Assembly (NCBI GenBank): GCA_963666315.2 | Contig: CAXXHG010000016.1 | Location: 1 to 23,284, forward strand | Source: Candidatus Binatia bacterium | GTDB lineage: Bacteria > Desulfobacterota > Binatia > Bin18 | Reading direction: 5' to 3' | Length of the DNA: 23,284 nucleotides | Shown: positions 7,457 to 16,041 of the stretch, piece after piece | Layout of the letters: every line of letters starts with the position of its first letter | How positions within the stretch are numbered: the stretch's first letter is position 1 | Notes under the pieces: model-generated | What the model was told of the DNA's origin: nothing | Seen by the model: the letters and a program-made list of their open reading frames with translations, nothing else | Databases searched by the model: none | Made by a program: the position numbers and the translations under genes

Positions 7457-8820
7457 CCGCGGTACCTCCGCCAGGTAAAGATGCCTACCCCGATCAGCAA
7501 GAAAGAGCCCGGTAGGGCGACGGTGCTTGCCACAAGAACGTATTGAATTTGATCCGAGGTCAGAAAGAGTTGATGGACGCCTGATTCCTGGGTCTCAGGT
7601 CGGGCTGCCATTTGGCCCGGGTCCTCAGCCAGCCAATTCACTGCGTTCACAAACAGATCTCTATTACCACCCTGTTCCACCATGTTATTATTGAGAAAAT
7701 CGGCATCGCCGAACACAACAATGCGTCCAAACGCATCTCCCGTTTGCACCAGCATCTCGCCGGCGACAGGAACTGGGCCCCGAAAATCTTGTTCCTCATC
7801 AAACTCTCTCATCCCGGTGCGCGGAATGTTTTCCGGCAGGCTGGCCCAGCCCTGGGGTGAGGTGGCTAGAATGGCTTGCGGGAACAAGCCCCTTTTCTCA
7901 TCCGGCTGCATCTCGACCACGCCGGCCAGTGAAAAAATTGGCGGCGCATTGACCGAGCGGATCATCGGATGGGGTTTGCTTGTCGGGCTGACGCGGAACG
8001 TCAACATCTCGCCTGCAAACAGGCGCTTCGTGGGATCGACGGCAATGAGGCCCGGCAGGGTAATTCCATACCGCTCAAGAAAGGCGAGGAACGAGGGGGG
8101 ACTGTCCGGATCCAGCAAGACAAAGAGCGCACCGCCGCGCTGAATATACGCACTGAGCGCTTCTATCTCAAAGGGCTGAAAATCTGCGTTTGGGCCAAAA
8201 ACAACGACAACCGTGGCATCATCCGGAACAACAGCGCCGCTCGCTCCGAGCGAGAGGGACCGCTCATCATAAAACTCGTCAACCAGGGCTCCGCGCAGCT
8301 TCGTATAACCTTTCACTGGGGACGCATCGGAAAAGGAGGCTTCGCCATGCCCAGTGAGAAAATAGATGACCTTGTCTCCCGGCCCGCGTGACACCTGGAG
8401 CAAGGCGGCCATGGCTGCGGATTCTCCCCTGCCGAGCAGAGTGCCTTTGCGCAGCCCCTGCGATTCAAAGATCAGGGTTCCGTACTGGGTGGCGTTATAT
8501 TCCCGTGCCAAGGCCGGATTCCGGTTGATATCGACAATATTGTGGCGGAAGTGTGGCGACAGGGCGGCCATCCGACTCAGCATGTCCTTGACGAAGAAAT
8601 TCTCAGGTCGATCGCTGTGAATAAAGGCTGTCACCTGGACATCCTGTTTGAGGCCCGACACCACCTGCTTGGCACGCGGCGAAAGGGTAAACGTTTTCTG
8701 TGCAGTCAGATCAAGACGCTTATTGTGTTCAACCAAGATCAACTGAATGGCAACGATCAGCCCAAAGAAGCCCAGGGTGCCAAGCGCAAGTTTAATCGTA
8801 TTGCGGACGGTGGCATTCAT
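7453..8820 (-). CDS. GldG-like ABC transporter auxiliary component, 455 aa
   Basis: RLDLT...FTLS, VIYFLTGHGE, GGALFVLLDP, RIVVFGDADF, GNRDLFVNAVNWL; N- and C-terminal TM helices. Confidence 0.85.
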   Translation of the reverse strand: MNATVRNTIKLALGTLGFFGLIVAIQLILVEHNKRLDLTAQKTFTLSPRAKQVVSGLKQDVQVTAFIHSDRPENFFVKDMLSRMAALSPHFRHNIVDINRNPALAREYNATQYGTLIFESQGLRKGTLLGRGESAAMAALLQVSRGPGDKVIYFLTGHGEASFSDASPVKGYTKLRGALVDEFYDERSLSLGASGAVVPDDATVVVVFGPNADFQPFEIEALSAYIQRGGALFVLLDPDSPPSFLAFLERYGITLPGLIAVDPTKRLFAGEMLTFRVSPTSKPHPMIRSVNAPPIFSLAGVVEMQPDEKRGLFPQAILATSPQGWASLPENIPRTGMREFDEEQDFRGPVPVAGEMLVQTGDAFGRIVVFGDADFLNNNMVEQGGNRDLFVNAVNWLAEDPGQMAARPETQESGVHQLFLTSDQIQYVLVASTVALPGSFLLIGVGIFTWRRYRG

Positions 8821-8825
8821 CGGAT

Positions 8826-9575
8826 TTACCGGCGTCCTTTCCAGTGCCGCGCTTCCAGAGAGCGGAGGGTGAGAAAACTGAAAAAGATAATAAACATCAG
8901 AAAAAAAGTGATTTCTTTTGAATCGATTAATCCGCGCGCAAAGTTCTGAAAATGGGTGACCATGGATACGGTGGCGATCGTGCTGATGAGTCCGAATTGG
9001 GTTGCGCCGTCATTCCAACTGAGGATCCAAAAAAAGAGTATTAGGCCAAGGGTCCCCAAGCCCGCGACGGCGATACTGTCCGTAAGCGACGAAATAAACA
9101 GGCCACAGGCAATAAATGAGAGGGCGAGCAGCACGAGGCCGACATAACCAGGTACCACCAGCGTCCAGTCGAACGGCTGCAAAGAAGACATCATCACGGG
9201 GAAGATAAGGGTACAGGTCAGCATAAATAGGGTGGCAATGGCGCACGCCACAAATTTTCCCCAGTAGAGATCGGCATCGCGCATCGGATAGGTCAGCAGT
9301 AGTTCGATCGTGCCGAGCCGTTTCTCTTCAGCGAAGAGGCGCATGGTTAAGAAGGGCACGGTCAGCATAATCACCAGGCGCAGGTCGGTGAACATCAGCT
9401 GCCAAAAGTTTTCCATGATATTCAGGCCGAAGCCGAACTGGACATAGAAAATCAGATCGGAGTAAAAATAATAGCCGCTCAGCAAGAGGAAGACCGCAGA
9501 GATCAGGTAAATAAACGGCGACAGAAAGTACGAACGTAATTCCTTGCTCAGGATGGCCCTGAAGTTCACAAACAT
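8826..9575 (-). CDS. ABC-2 type permease (GldF-like), 249 aa
   Basis: KELRSYFLSP, TMRLFAEEKRLGTIELLLTYP, GKF, GLFISSLT motifs; about 6 TM helices. Confidence 0.9.
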   Translation of the reverse strand: MFVNFRAILSKELRSYFLSPFIYLISAVFLLLSGYYFYSDLIFYVQFGFGLNIMENFWQLMFTDLRLVIMLTVPFLTMRLFAEEKRLGTIELLLTYPMRDADLYWGKFVACAIATLFMLTCTLIFPVMMSSLQPFDWTLVVPGYVGLVLLALSFIACGLFISSLTDSIAVAGLGTLGLILFFWILSWNDGATQFGLISTIATVSMVTHFQNFARGLIDSKEITFFLMFIIFFSFLTLRSLEARHWKGRR

Positions 9576-9679
9576 ATGCCCACCTTCTTGTTTACAAGGA
9601 TGCTTTTCTCACGCTGTTGCAGTGCCTGACGACTCTGGTTCGGTGACCTCGATTGAAACGGAGAAGCCCCTCGTCTCAT

Positions 9680-10633
9680 TCAGGCTGCCTCCTGCTCGTC
9701 CTGTCCTTTCCCGGTCAAGCGGACGAAGAGGGATTCGAGATCAAGCGTGATGGGTCTGAGCTCATGTAGATCCCAGCCGTTGTTGATAACGGCCTGCGCA
9801 ATCTCGCGGGCGATATCTTGATTTGAGGAACGAACAGTGAAAACAGGGCTCTCTTGCCCGTTGCCGTCTTGCTGTGTGACCTGGCTGACTTCATGTAGTG
9901 CGCGTAGCGCCGTCAGAACCTCCGGACCGGGTCCGCCAGCTCGGACCAGCACGTTTGTCGTGCCCTGGATGCGCGCGCTGAGGTTTTCAGCCGTGTCTTC
10001 GGCAATGATATGGCCCTTGTCGATAATGATCACCCGTTCACACGTCAATTCCACCTCGCGCAGAATATGGCTGGACAGCAGAACGGTTGACTGACTGCCA
10101 AGGCCCTTGATCAACTCTCGTATGCCAATCACTTGATTGGGATCAAGTCCGATCGTGGGTTCATCCAAGATGAGGACCTCCGGCTGGCCTAGCAGCGCTT
10201 GTGCCAGCCCGACGCGCTGGCGGTAGCCCTTGGAGAGCTTCCCGATTTGGCGCCGCGCCATATCTTCAAGCGCGCATGCGCTCAGGACGCGTTCGACATC
10301 ACTCCGACCTTGTGACATTCCTTCGATCTTGATCCGGGCACAGAAGTTCAAAAATGCCTGGACCGACATATCCGGGTAGAGAACGACGTTTTCCGGCAGA
10401 TAACCGATACGGCTGCGGACTTCGAGAGACGAGGTTGCCACATCAAGCCCCGCCACGTGAACCACCCCTTCGGTTGCCGGAAAAAATCCGGTCAGGATAC
10501 GCATCAGCGTGGTCTTACCCGAACCGTTTGGTCCGAGCAGGCCGACGATTTCCCCGCTCTTGACGCCCAAGGAAATGCTATCAAGGGCACAAATTCGGCC
10601 GTAATATTTGGTAACGTTCTGAACTTCGATCAT
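9680..10633 (-). CDS. ABC transporter ATP-binding protein (GldA-like), 317 aa
   Basis: Walker A GPNGSGKTT, signature LSKGYRQRVGLA, Walker B ILDEPT, H-loop SSHIL; C-terminal LESLF motif. Confidence 0.95.
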   Translation of the reverse strand: MIEVQNVTKYYGRICALDSISLGVKSGEIVGLLGPNGSGKTTLMRILTGFFPATEGVVHVAGLDVATSSLEVRSRIGYLPENVVLYPDMSVQAFLNFCARIKIEGMSQGRSDVERVLSACALEDMARRQIGKLSKGYRQRVGLAQALLGQPEVLILDEPTIGLDPNQVIGIRELIKGLGSQSTVLLSSHILREVELTCERVIIIDKGHIIAEDTAENLSARIQGTTNVLVRAGGPGPEVLTALRALHEVSQVTQQDGNGQESPVFTVRSSNQDIAREIAQAVINNGWDLHELRPITLDLESLFVRLTGKGQDEQEAA

Positions 10634-10670
10634 ACAGAAACCTAAAAGAATCCGGCAAGAAGCCTACTGG

Positions 10671-11036
10671 TTATGACGTTGGGGGCGTGCTGGCTGCTGC
10701 CGACGCCGTTTTCAAGTCATCGATCTCAGCCTCGAGCTCCCGCTGTACCCGTCTCAGCTTGCTCACCTCAACCTCAAGCGTGTTTCTGGTTTTCACGGCA
10801 CGGTCTCTATTGTGCGTGAGTTCCTTGCCGGCGTCCTGACACTCAACGACTTGCGTCCTGAGGTCGTTGACTTCGCCTGGGAGTAGGCCGGTCAGATACG
10901 AAGTCGTCAGTCCCAGGCGCTCGAAGGCGGCCCCTGTTATTAACAAGGAGAACCACAGCACTCCAATACCGAGGTAATGCCAAACCGCTTTAGAAAGACT
11001 GCTATCCTCCGCTACCTGTTCTGATTCACTCGCCAT
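10671..11036 (-). CDS. Hypothetical single-TM protein with C-terminal coiled coil (121 aa from ATG 11036)
   Basis: GGAGGAGG RBS before ATG 11036; TM WHYLGIGVLWFSLLITGAAF; heptad pattern LEVEVSKLRRVQRELEAEIDDLK; 37 nt from the ATPase start. Confidence 0.7.
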   Translation of the reverse strand: MASESEQVAEDSSLSKAVWHYLGIGVLWFSLLITGAAFERLGLTTSYLTGLLPGEVNDLRTQVVECQDAGKELTHNRDRAVKTRNTLEVEVSKLRRVQRELEAEIDDLKTASAAASTPPTS

Positions 11037-11170
11037 TATTCCCTCCTCCTCCAATAAGAAATGCCGATAAGAAACGCCGACACCCTAACAAAGAAAGGAA
11101 CGGAGAGAAAGTCGCCGGCGAGTTCTGGGAGTGTGGAGAGGTAACAGCTATGTTACCTCTCCACTGGTGT

Positions 11171-12511
11171 TTAACGGGCGCTCTGTAATGAGGAAGTTCA
11201 CCGAGAACGCTCTTGCGCTATTAATTTCAACGTCCTCGTTGAAATACCACTCGTTGACCCAGTCTTCTCTCTTCTCATAGCCGGACGGCGCATCCCACTT
11301 GGTGAAGTGGGCAAGTTGGAGGTCCATCTGCATCCCATGAGGAGTAAAGGCCCAGTCATCCGTGTAGTTGTATGCGCCACCACGGAGAGGTTTGGTCGGA
11401 TAGCCCTCGTACGGTTTCGGGCCATACTCATACATATTGAACCACATTTTCCACAGCTCACCACCGTTGTCGTACATCTCGGAGAAGTTCATCGCCCAGA
11501 AGTCTTTGTCGATATACATGATACGCTTGGAATAGGCATACTGGCTGTAGGCAACCGGGAGCCCTTCGACAACATAGACGTTGCGTTTTTCCCAGTTGAT
11601 GTTGCACGGCATACCCGCGATCACGCCGCTTCTGCCGTCAGGTTGCGCACACCAGACGTCCCTGGTGCCGTATTGGCCCATATGGACCGGGGCCAAGATT
11701 TGCTTTTCAGCCAAGACGCGCCACTTCCAGTACGCGTGCTTGGAATTCATGCCCCACAGGGAGTCCAAGTCCATGTCCGTACCCCAGAAGGCGTCTGAGC
11801 GGTTCGCGACGCTGATACGACGCACGCGACGCAACTCAGGCAGGTACATATACGAGTCATCAGGGATGTTGGTTGGCAGATAACGTGTATTGAGCACGCC
11901 CGCGCCCTTGAGGTCGTTCGGGATAAAGAGCGGACCAAACTGCTCCGTATACCGCATCGGCGGGTTGTTCGGCACGATCGGTTTGGGATCGGTGTACAGA
12001 CGGCCGGTCCACATCATGCGGCGCCAGAACTGGGAGCCGTACATACGTTCCATCTCGCCCCGGTTATTGACGAGTTCGACGATCCATTCGGTACCCACGT
12101 TGTCAACATAGGCGGGTTTCTGCTCCTGGTTCCACATGATCTTCGCCCCGGCCATGGGGTCGTTGAGATCAATCGTCGGAAACGGGACACCGGCCACGTA
12201 GTTGAACATTTCCCGGCCGTCGGCCGAGAGCTGAACCTGGCCTGAGTATTTTTCCGTTGCTTCGGCGTAGAGTTTAGGTAGATTGACTTTCTTATACTCG
12301 ATGACGCTAATGGGCATGCCGTTTTCGACAAACCATTTTCGACAAACCACTGGATGCCTGGGATAAGGAGTTCGCCGGCATCAGCCATATTGTCTTTAGT
12401 TATCGTGTCTCCGGGATTGACATCGGCAGTCACCCAGCTCGGGGCCGAGAGACTGACCGCGCCTACGAGCGTCAGCGCGCAAGCGATTCTGGTCCACCAG
12501 TACTTCCTCAT
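11171..12511 (-). pseudogene. DUF1329 family protein #2, frameshifted (441 aa if repaired)
   Basis: N-terminus MRKYWW...IPGIQWFVENG (ATG 12511, AAGGAGG RBS, signal peptide) is in a different frame from the body WFVENGMPISV.... Removing one 14-bp repeat copy and the extra base at 11186 gives 1326 nt ending FLIQSAR*, as in paralogue #1. Confidence 0.85.
12322..12349. repeat. Perfect 14-bp tandem duplication (TTTTCGACAAACCA x2) causing the frameshift
   Basis: 12322-12335 equals 12336-12349; WFVENG appears in both overlapping ORF translations. Confidence 0.95.
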
Positions 12512-12636
12512 AAAATTCCCTCCTTTTTCAAGGTAATTCTTGAGATACCTCTCCTGAAGGACAAGCATCCCGCGTTAAAAAAGCAGTCTGATGATCACTG
12601 CCCGGCTCATGACAATACCTCTCCCGTATTGGGATT

Positions 12637-12687
12637 AGAATGACCAAAGAAGGTGTGTATCGTCAATAGTTTCAGGAGAGGTTTTTT
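12637..12687 (-). promoter_or_regulatory. Putative promoter and upstream motif of DUF1329 #2
   Basis: Minus strand AAAAAACCT-N9-CTA-TTGACG (TTGACG at 12666-12661), 18-bp spacer, weak -10 CATTCT; same upstream motif precedes DUF1329 #1. Confidence 0.45.
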
Positions 12688-12772
12688 CCACCTCCTTCCG
12701 GAGGGGCTTTCTCCCGCCCTTACAAATTTCTATCTTATCACCACTCAGTAAGATAGGCAGAACCGTGCGGAC

Positions 12773-15196
12773 TTAGGATGCTGCCTGCGCGGTAATAAAA
12801 CGCGGTTTAAACAATGCGACCAGGACCGGCAAAAGCGTCATGGTAGCCAAGAAGCTGACCCCCATCCACAGCGCCAGTAGCAGACCCATTTCCGCGCTAA
12901 AGCGTAGGCTAGACATGGTCCAAAACAGGGTGCCCAGGATCATCGTCAGGGCGGTAAATGTCACGGCTTTTCCAGAAGTTGCGAGGGCAATCGCTACCGC
13001 AGCATCAATCGGATTGCCCAGCCGGTGCTCTTCGATAATGCGGCTCACCACATACAGGGCATAGTCTATGCCGAATCCGACACCGACGGTTACTACCGGC
13101 AGGGTGTGGATATTAATGCCAATGTCTCGGGCGCCCATATAGGCGTTAATGATCGCGTTTGCCGCAAGGAGTGGAATTATCATATATACCCCGGCCATGA
13201 TGGAGCGGTAGGTCAGGACCAAGACCAGGAAAATCGTGCCGAAACCGAGAAGATTAACCAGAATGTCGTTCCCCAACAGCTCTTCATTGGCTGCGGCTAA
13301 CACACCGATAGGACCACCGGCGAGACGGAACTGGGCGGCGTCAATTTGGTGGGCATCGATATAGTCCCGGGCGCGCTGAATGACCCGCCGAATAGTTTCC
13401 CCCCGATGGTCGGTCAGAAAGAAGTGTATAGGCGCAGAGCGATACTTGTGATCAATGACCTGCGCACTTTCCTGGAACGAGGTGCCGAAGAAGTAGGAGG
13501 CCAGCAGGAGTTGGACCTCACTATTGGTTCGGGGCAGCACCTCCCATTTCGGCTCAAGTTCGTGAATGGCCCCGTTTACGACGGACAAAATGTCTATAAA
13601 CGAGAAGCTCAACCCCACCGATGGATCGCGTTCGAGGTAGCGCTGAAATTGTTCGATCCAGGGCAAGACCTCAGGATTCGCCAGCGAAGGTTCTTTGGAT
13701 TGGAGGCGAAACCGCTGGAGCGCGTTCAGCTCTTTGCCGTCAGCTGTCAGCGGCTCTTTTTCCTCAGGTTTTTTGCGTTCGACCACGACCATGAGCCGTT
13801 CGACTCCACCGAATGTCTCCTGAATGCGCGCGTGGGCGGCGTTGTAGGGCGAGTCGGGATACAGGAGCGGGGTGGCCGCCGTAGGATCCCCGATCACCAG
13901 GTTTTGCCAGAAGTAGACACTCACGACCAGAACAATGCCCCAGCTTGCAAGCGTCACTCCTTTGCCCAGCGGAGAGACCAGAAAGTGCGCTATAGTGGCA
14001 ATAATTCGTTTGAAGATCCCGTTTTCGCGCCGTTCCACGACCTCAATCTCAGGCGCGCGTAAATAGTAATACACAATCGGGTTCAGCAGGAGTTCGCTCA
14101 CCGTGATAGCGAGTATCCAGACTGCGGCACTAATGGCGAGCTTCTGCAACAGCACGATGGGGACGAACACGATAACGAGCAGGCCGAGGGCATCGGTCAG
14201 GATACCCGACAGCGTTGGAACGAAGAGTTCGGCGAACGAAGCAACAATCGCCGGCTCTTTTTGCCAATTCGCCTTGCGGTATTCTTCGTAATACCGTTCG
14301 TGCATCTGGACTGAATGGCTCACCGCCCGGGCCGTAATAAAGAAGGGAATGACGAGGGTGAGCGGGTCTAGGCTGAAGCCTATCATCTTGATAAAGCCCA
14401 GCCCCCAAATGGCTGAGATCACACCGGTTAACGTGGGCCGTAGCGCACCCCGAATATCATGGAAATACCAGTACAACAGCAGCCACATCAGGACGGTGGT
14501 GGCGAGAAAGATGAGGTAGACCTGCTTGGCGTAGAAATAGACCCAACCGTATAAGGCCGGCTGGCCAGCCATATAGATCCGGGTGTTGTCATCTTCAAAG
14601 GGGTCAACCACCGAGCGTTGGACTTCCTCAAACAGACGCCGATAATCGAGTCGCTGCTCGATAAAGGCGGCAGTCAGCACAGCGGCCTTTTCATCCAGCG
14701 AGACGAGTACGCCGTATAAATTGCGTGCGGAATGTACGATGCGGCGTATCTGCTCAACTTCTTCCTCGGTCTGGGGTGCACGTTCCATGACCGGCAGGAC
14801 TTCCTGCATGCCCCCACTTTTCATGACCACGCGGCGGTTGGTGCGGTGGGCAATAGAGTTGACCAATTCATTATTTACGCCGTACACCCGTTCCAACGCC
14901 CGGGTCATATGGAAAATCTTGGTCAGCGTTTCTTTCGTGAATATGGAGCCCTCTTTGACCTGCAACATCAGCATAATGGTGTTGGCACCGCCAAAGGTCG
15001 GGGCGAACTCTTTATGCACCTGGATGAAAGGATGGTTCTCCGGCAGTTGTTCGTCGAACCGGGTGACTAAGTCAAGCTGAACGGCAAAAGAAGCAAAAAT
15101 CAAGGTCGCTACAATGACGAAGAGCACGACGGGCTTGCGCCGGGCAATGATCTGCTCCCCGAGTTCGTAGAGATAGCCGCGCTCTGTATCACCCAT
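12773..15196 (-). CDS. MMPL/RND-superfamily transporter #2, paralogue of 866-3256, 807 aa
   Basis: Same architecture and motifs (FGGANTI, AGQPALYGW, ARAVSHSVQMHERYYEEYR, GVGFGIDYALY); AAGGGA RBS-like sequence. Confidence 0.9.
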   Translation of the reverse strand: MGDTERGYLYELGEQIIARRKPVVLFVIVATLIFASFAVQLDLVTRFDEQLPENHPFIQVHKEFAPTFGGANTIMLMLQVKEGSIFTKETLTKIFHMTRALERVYGVNNELVNSIAHRTNRRVVMKSGGMQEVLPVMERAPQTEEEVEQIRRIVHSARNLYGVLVSLDEKAAVLTAAFIEQRLDYRRLFEEVQRSVVDPFEDDNTRIYMAGQPALYGWVYFYAKQVYLIFLATTVLMWLLLYWYFHDIRGALRPTLTGVISAIWGLGFIKMIGFSLDPLTLVIPFFITARAVSHSVQMHERYYEEYRKANWQKEPAIVASFAELFVPTLSGILTDALGLLVIVFVPIVLLQKLAISAAVWILAITVSELLLNPIVYYYLRAPEIEVVERRENGIFKRIIATIAHFLVSPLGKGVTLASWGIVLVVSVYFWQNLVIGDPTAATPLLYPDSPYNAAHARIQETFGGVERLMVVVERKKPEEKEPLTADGKELNALQRFRLQSKEPSLANPEVLPWIEQFQRYLERDPSVGLSFSFIDILSVVNGAIHELEPKWEVLPRTNSEVQLLLASYFFGTSFQESAQVIDHKYRSAPIHFFLTDHRGETIRRVIQRARDYIDAHQIDAAQFRLAGGPIGVLAAANEELLGNDILVNLLGFGTIFLVLVLTYRSIMAGVYMIIPLLAANAIINAYMGARDIGINIHTLPVVTVGVGFGIDYALYVVSRIIEEHRLGNPIDAAVAIALATSGKAVTFTALTMILGTLFWTMSSLRFSAEMGLLLALWMGVSFLATMTLLPVLVALFKPRFITAQAAS

Positions 15197-15280
15197 ACTT
15201 CATCCCTTCTTTGCTACATCCCTTTTTTGGTGCAGTTTTGTGTCGATTCCTGGTCACCTGTCCTCTGGTGTACTCTGGAT

Positions 15281-15934
15281 TTAGCGTGTCGCCTGCTTCC
15301 GCTCAAGTAACCCATCAATAATTGTTTCAATATTCCGGACCGACAGGTCATTGACCCGTATCCAACCGTCAAAGATCAGGCTCGGCACAGAATCGAGATG
15401 ATAGCGCTGGCCCAGGGCGATTGTCTGCTCAACCTCGTTTTTGCCTCCGCCCGCATCCAGCCGGGTCAGTAGCAATTCGGGATCGAGACCGATACTGGCG
15501 GCCACATGGGCTATGCCGGATCTGCTGGTGGTATCAACGTCTTCCTCAAAACGGGCATGAAAAAGCGCCTGTTGCATCTCTTCATGCAGCCCGAACTCGT
15601 GGGCAAGCGCGTAGGCGCGTGCCGGGATATTGGAGGAAGCATGCACAAAGGGGATGCCGCGAAAACGGATGTCTAGCTTTTTCTGGTATTTTTTCTTGAG
15701 AGCGGGAACGAGTTCCGTGAAGACCTGATAACAATGTGGACAGATGAAGTCTTCAAAGAGTGTCAGCACGACTGTGCCTGCTACGGTTTCCTCCGGGGCA
15801 CGGCGTACAAAGGAAAAAGAACCCGGTAAGGATATATACCGGTCCATCAGATCGTCTTCAGCCTGACTTGGCGACACCGATGTCGGAAAGAGGAGAAAGG
15901 GAATCAGCACAAGAACAAGAAACCGTGCGGCCAT
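15281..15934 (-). CDS. DsbA-family thiol:disulfide oxidoreductase, 217 aa
   Basis: Sec signal (SQA-E); FEDFICPHC active site; cis-Pro loop DSVPSLIFDG. Confidence 0.85.
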   Translation of the reverse strand: MAARFLVLVLIPFLLFPTSVSPSQAEDDLMDRYISLPGSFSFVRRAPEETVAGTVVLTLFEDFICPHCYQVFTELVPALKKKYQKKLDIRFRGIPFVHASSNIPARAYALAHEFGLHEEMQQALFHARFEEDVDTTSRSGIAHVAASIGLDPELLLTRLDAGGGKNEVEQTIALGQRYHLDSVPSLIFDGWIRVNDLSVRNIETIIDGLLERKQATR

Positions 15935-15946
15935 ATATGGCCCGGG

Positions 15947-15975
15947 ATCATAGGAAGCAAACGTGCAAAGTGCAA
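15947..15975 (-). promoter_or_regulatory. Putative sigma70 promoter of the dsbA-like gene
   Basis: Minus strand TTGCAC (15975-15970), 17-bp spacer, TATGAT (15952-15947); only 12 nt to the ATG and no SD. Confidence 0.55.
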
Positions 15976-16041
15976 GGGGAATCGGCGAGACAAGCGAGAT
16001 CGGGCAAGGGCGAAGGAGTCCGCAGGGCTTGCGGACCGCCC

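Noticed and set aside
7453-10633. Calling the ABC cassette gliding-motility genes gldA/gldF/gldG
   Set aside because: Family similarity only; such cassettes are common in non-gliding bacteria and no other gld/spr genes are present
12322-12349. Programmed ribosomal frameshift explaining the split DUF1329 #2
   Set aside because: No canonical slippery heptamer with a stimulatory structure seen; the exact 14-bp duplication explains the shift
12014-12568. 184-aa ORF and the 11148-12350 ORF as two separate genes
   Set aside because: They are the two halves of one frameshifted DUF1329 gene starting at ATG 12511
13346-14062. Long antisense ORFs (this 238-aa one, 19394-20083, 3625-4221, 20133-20702 and others)
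   Set aside because: Shadow frames of GC-rich genes with no recognisable motifs
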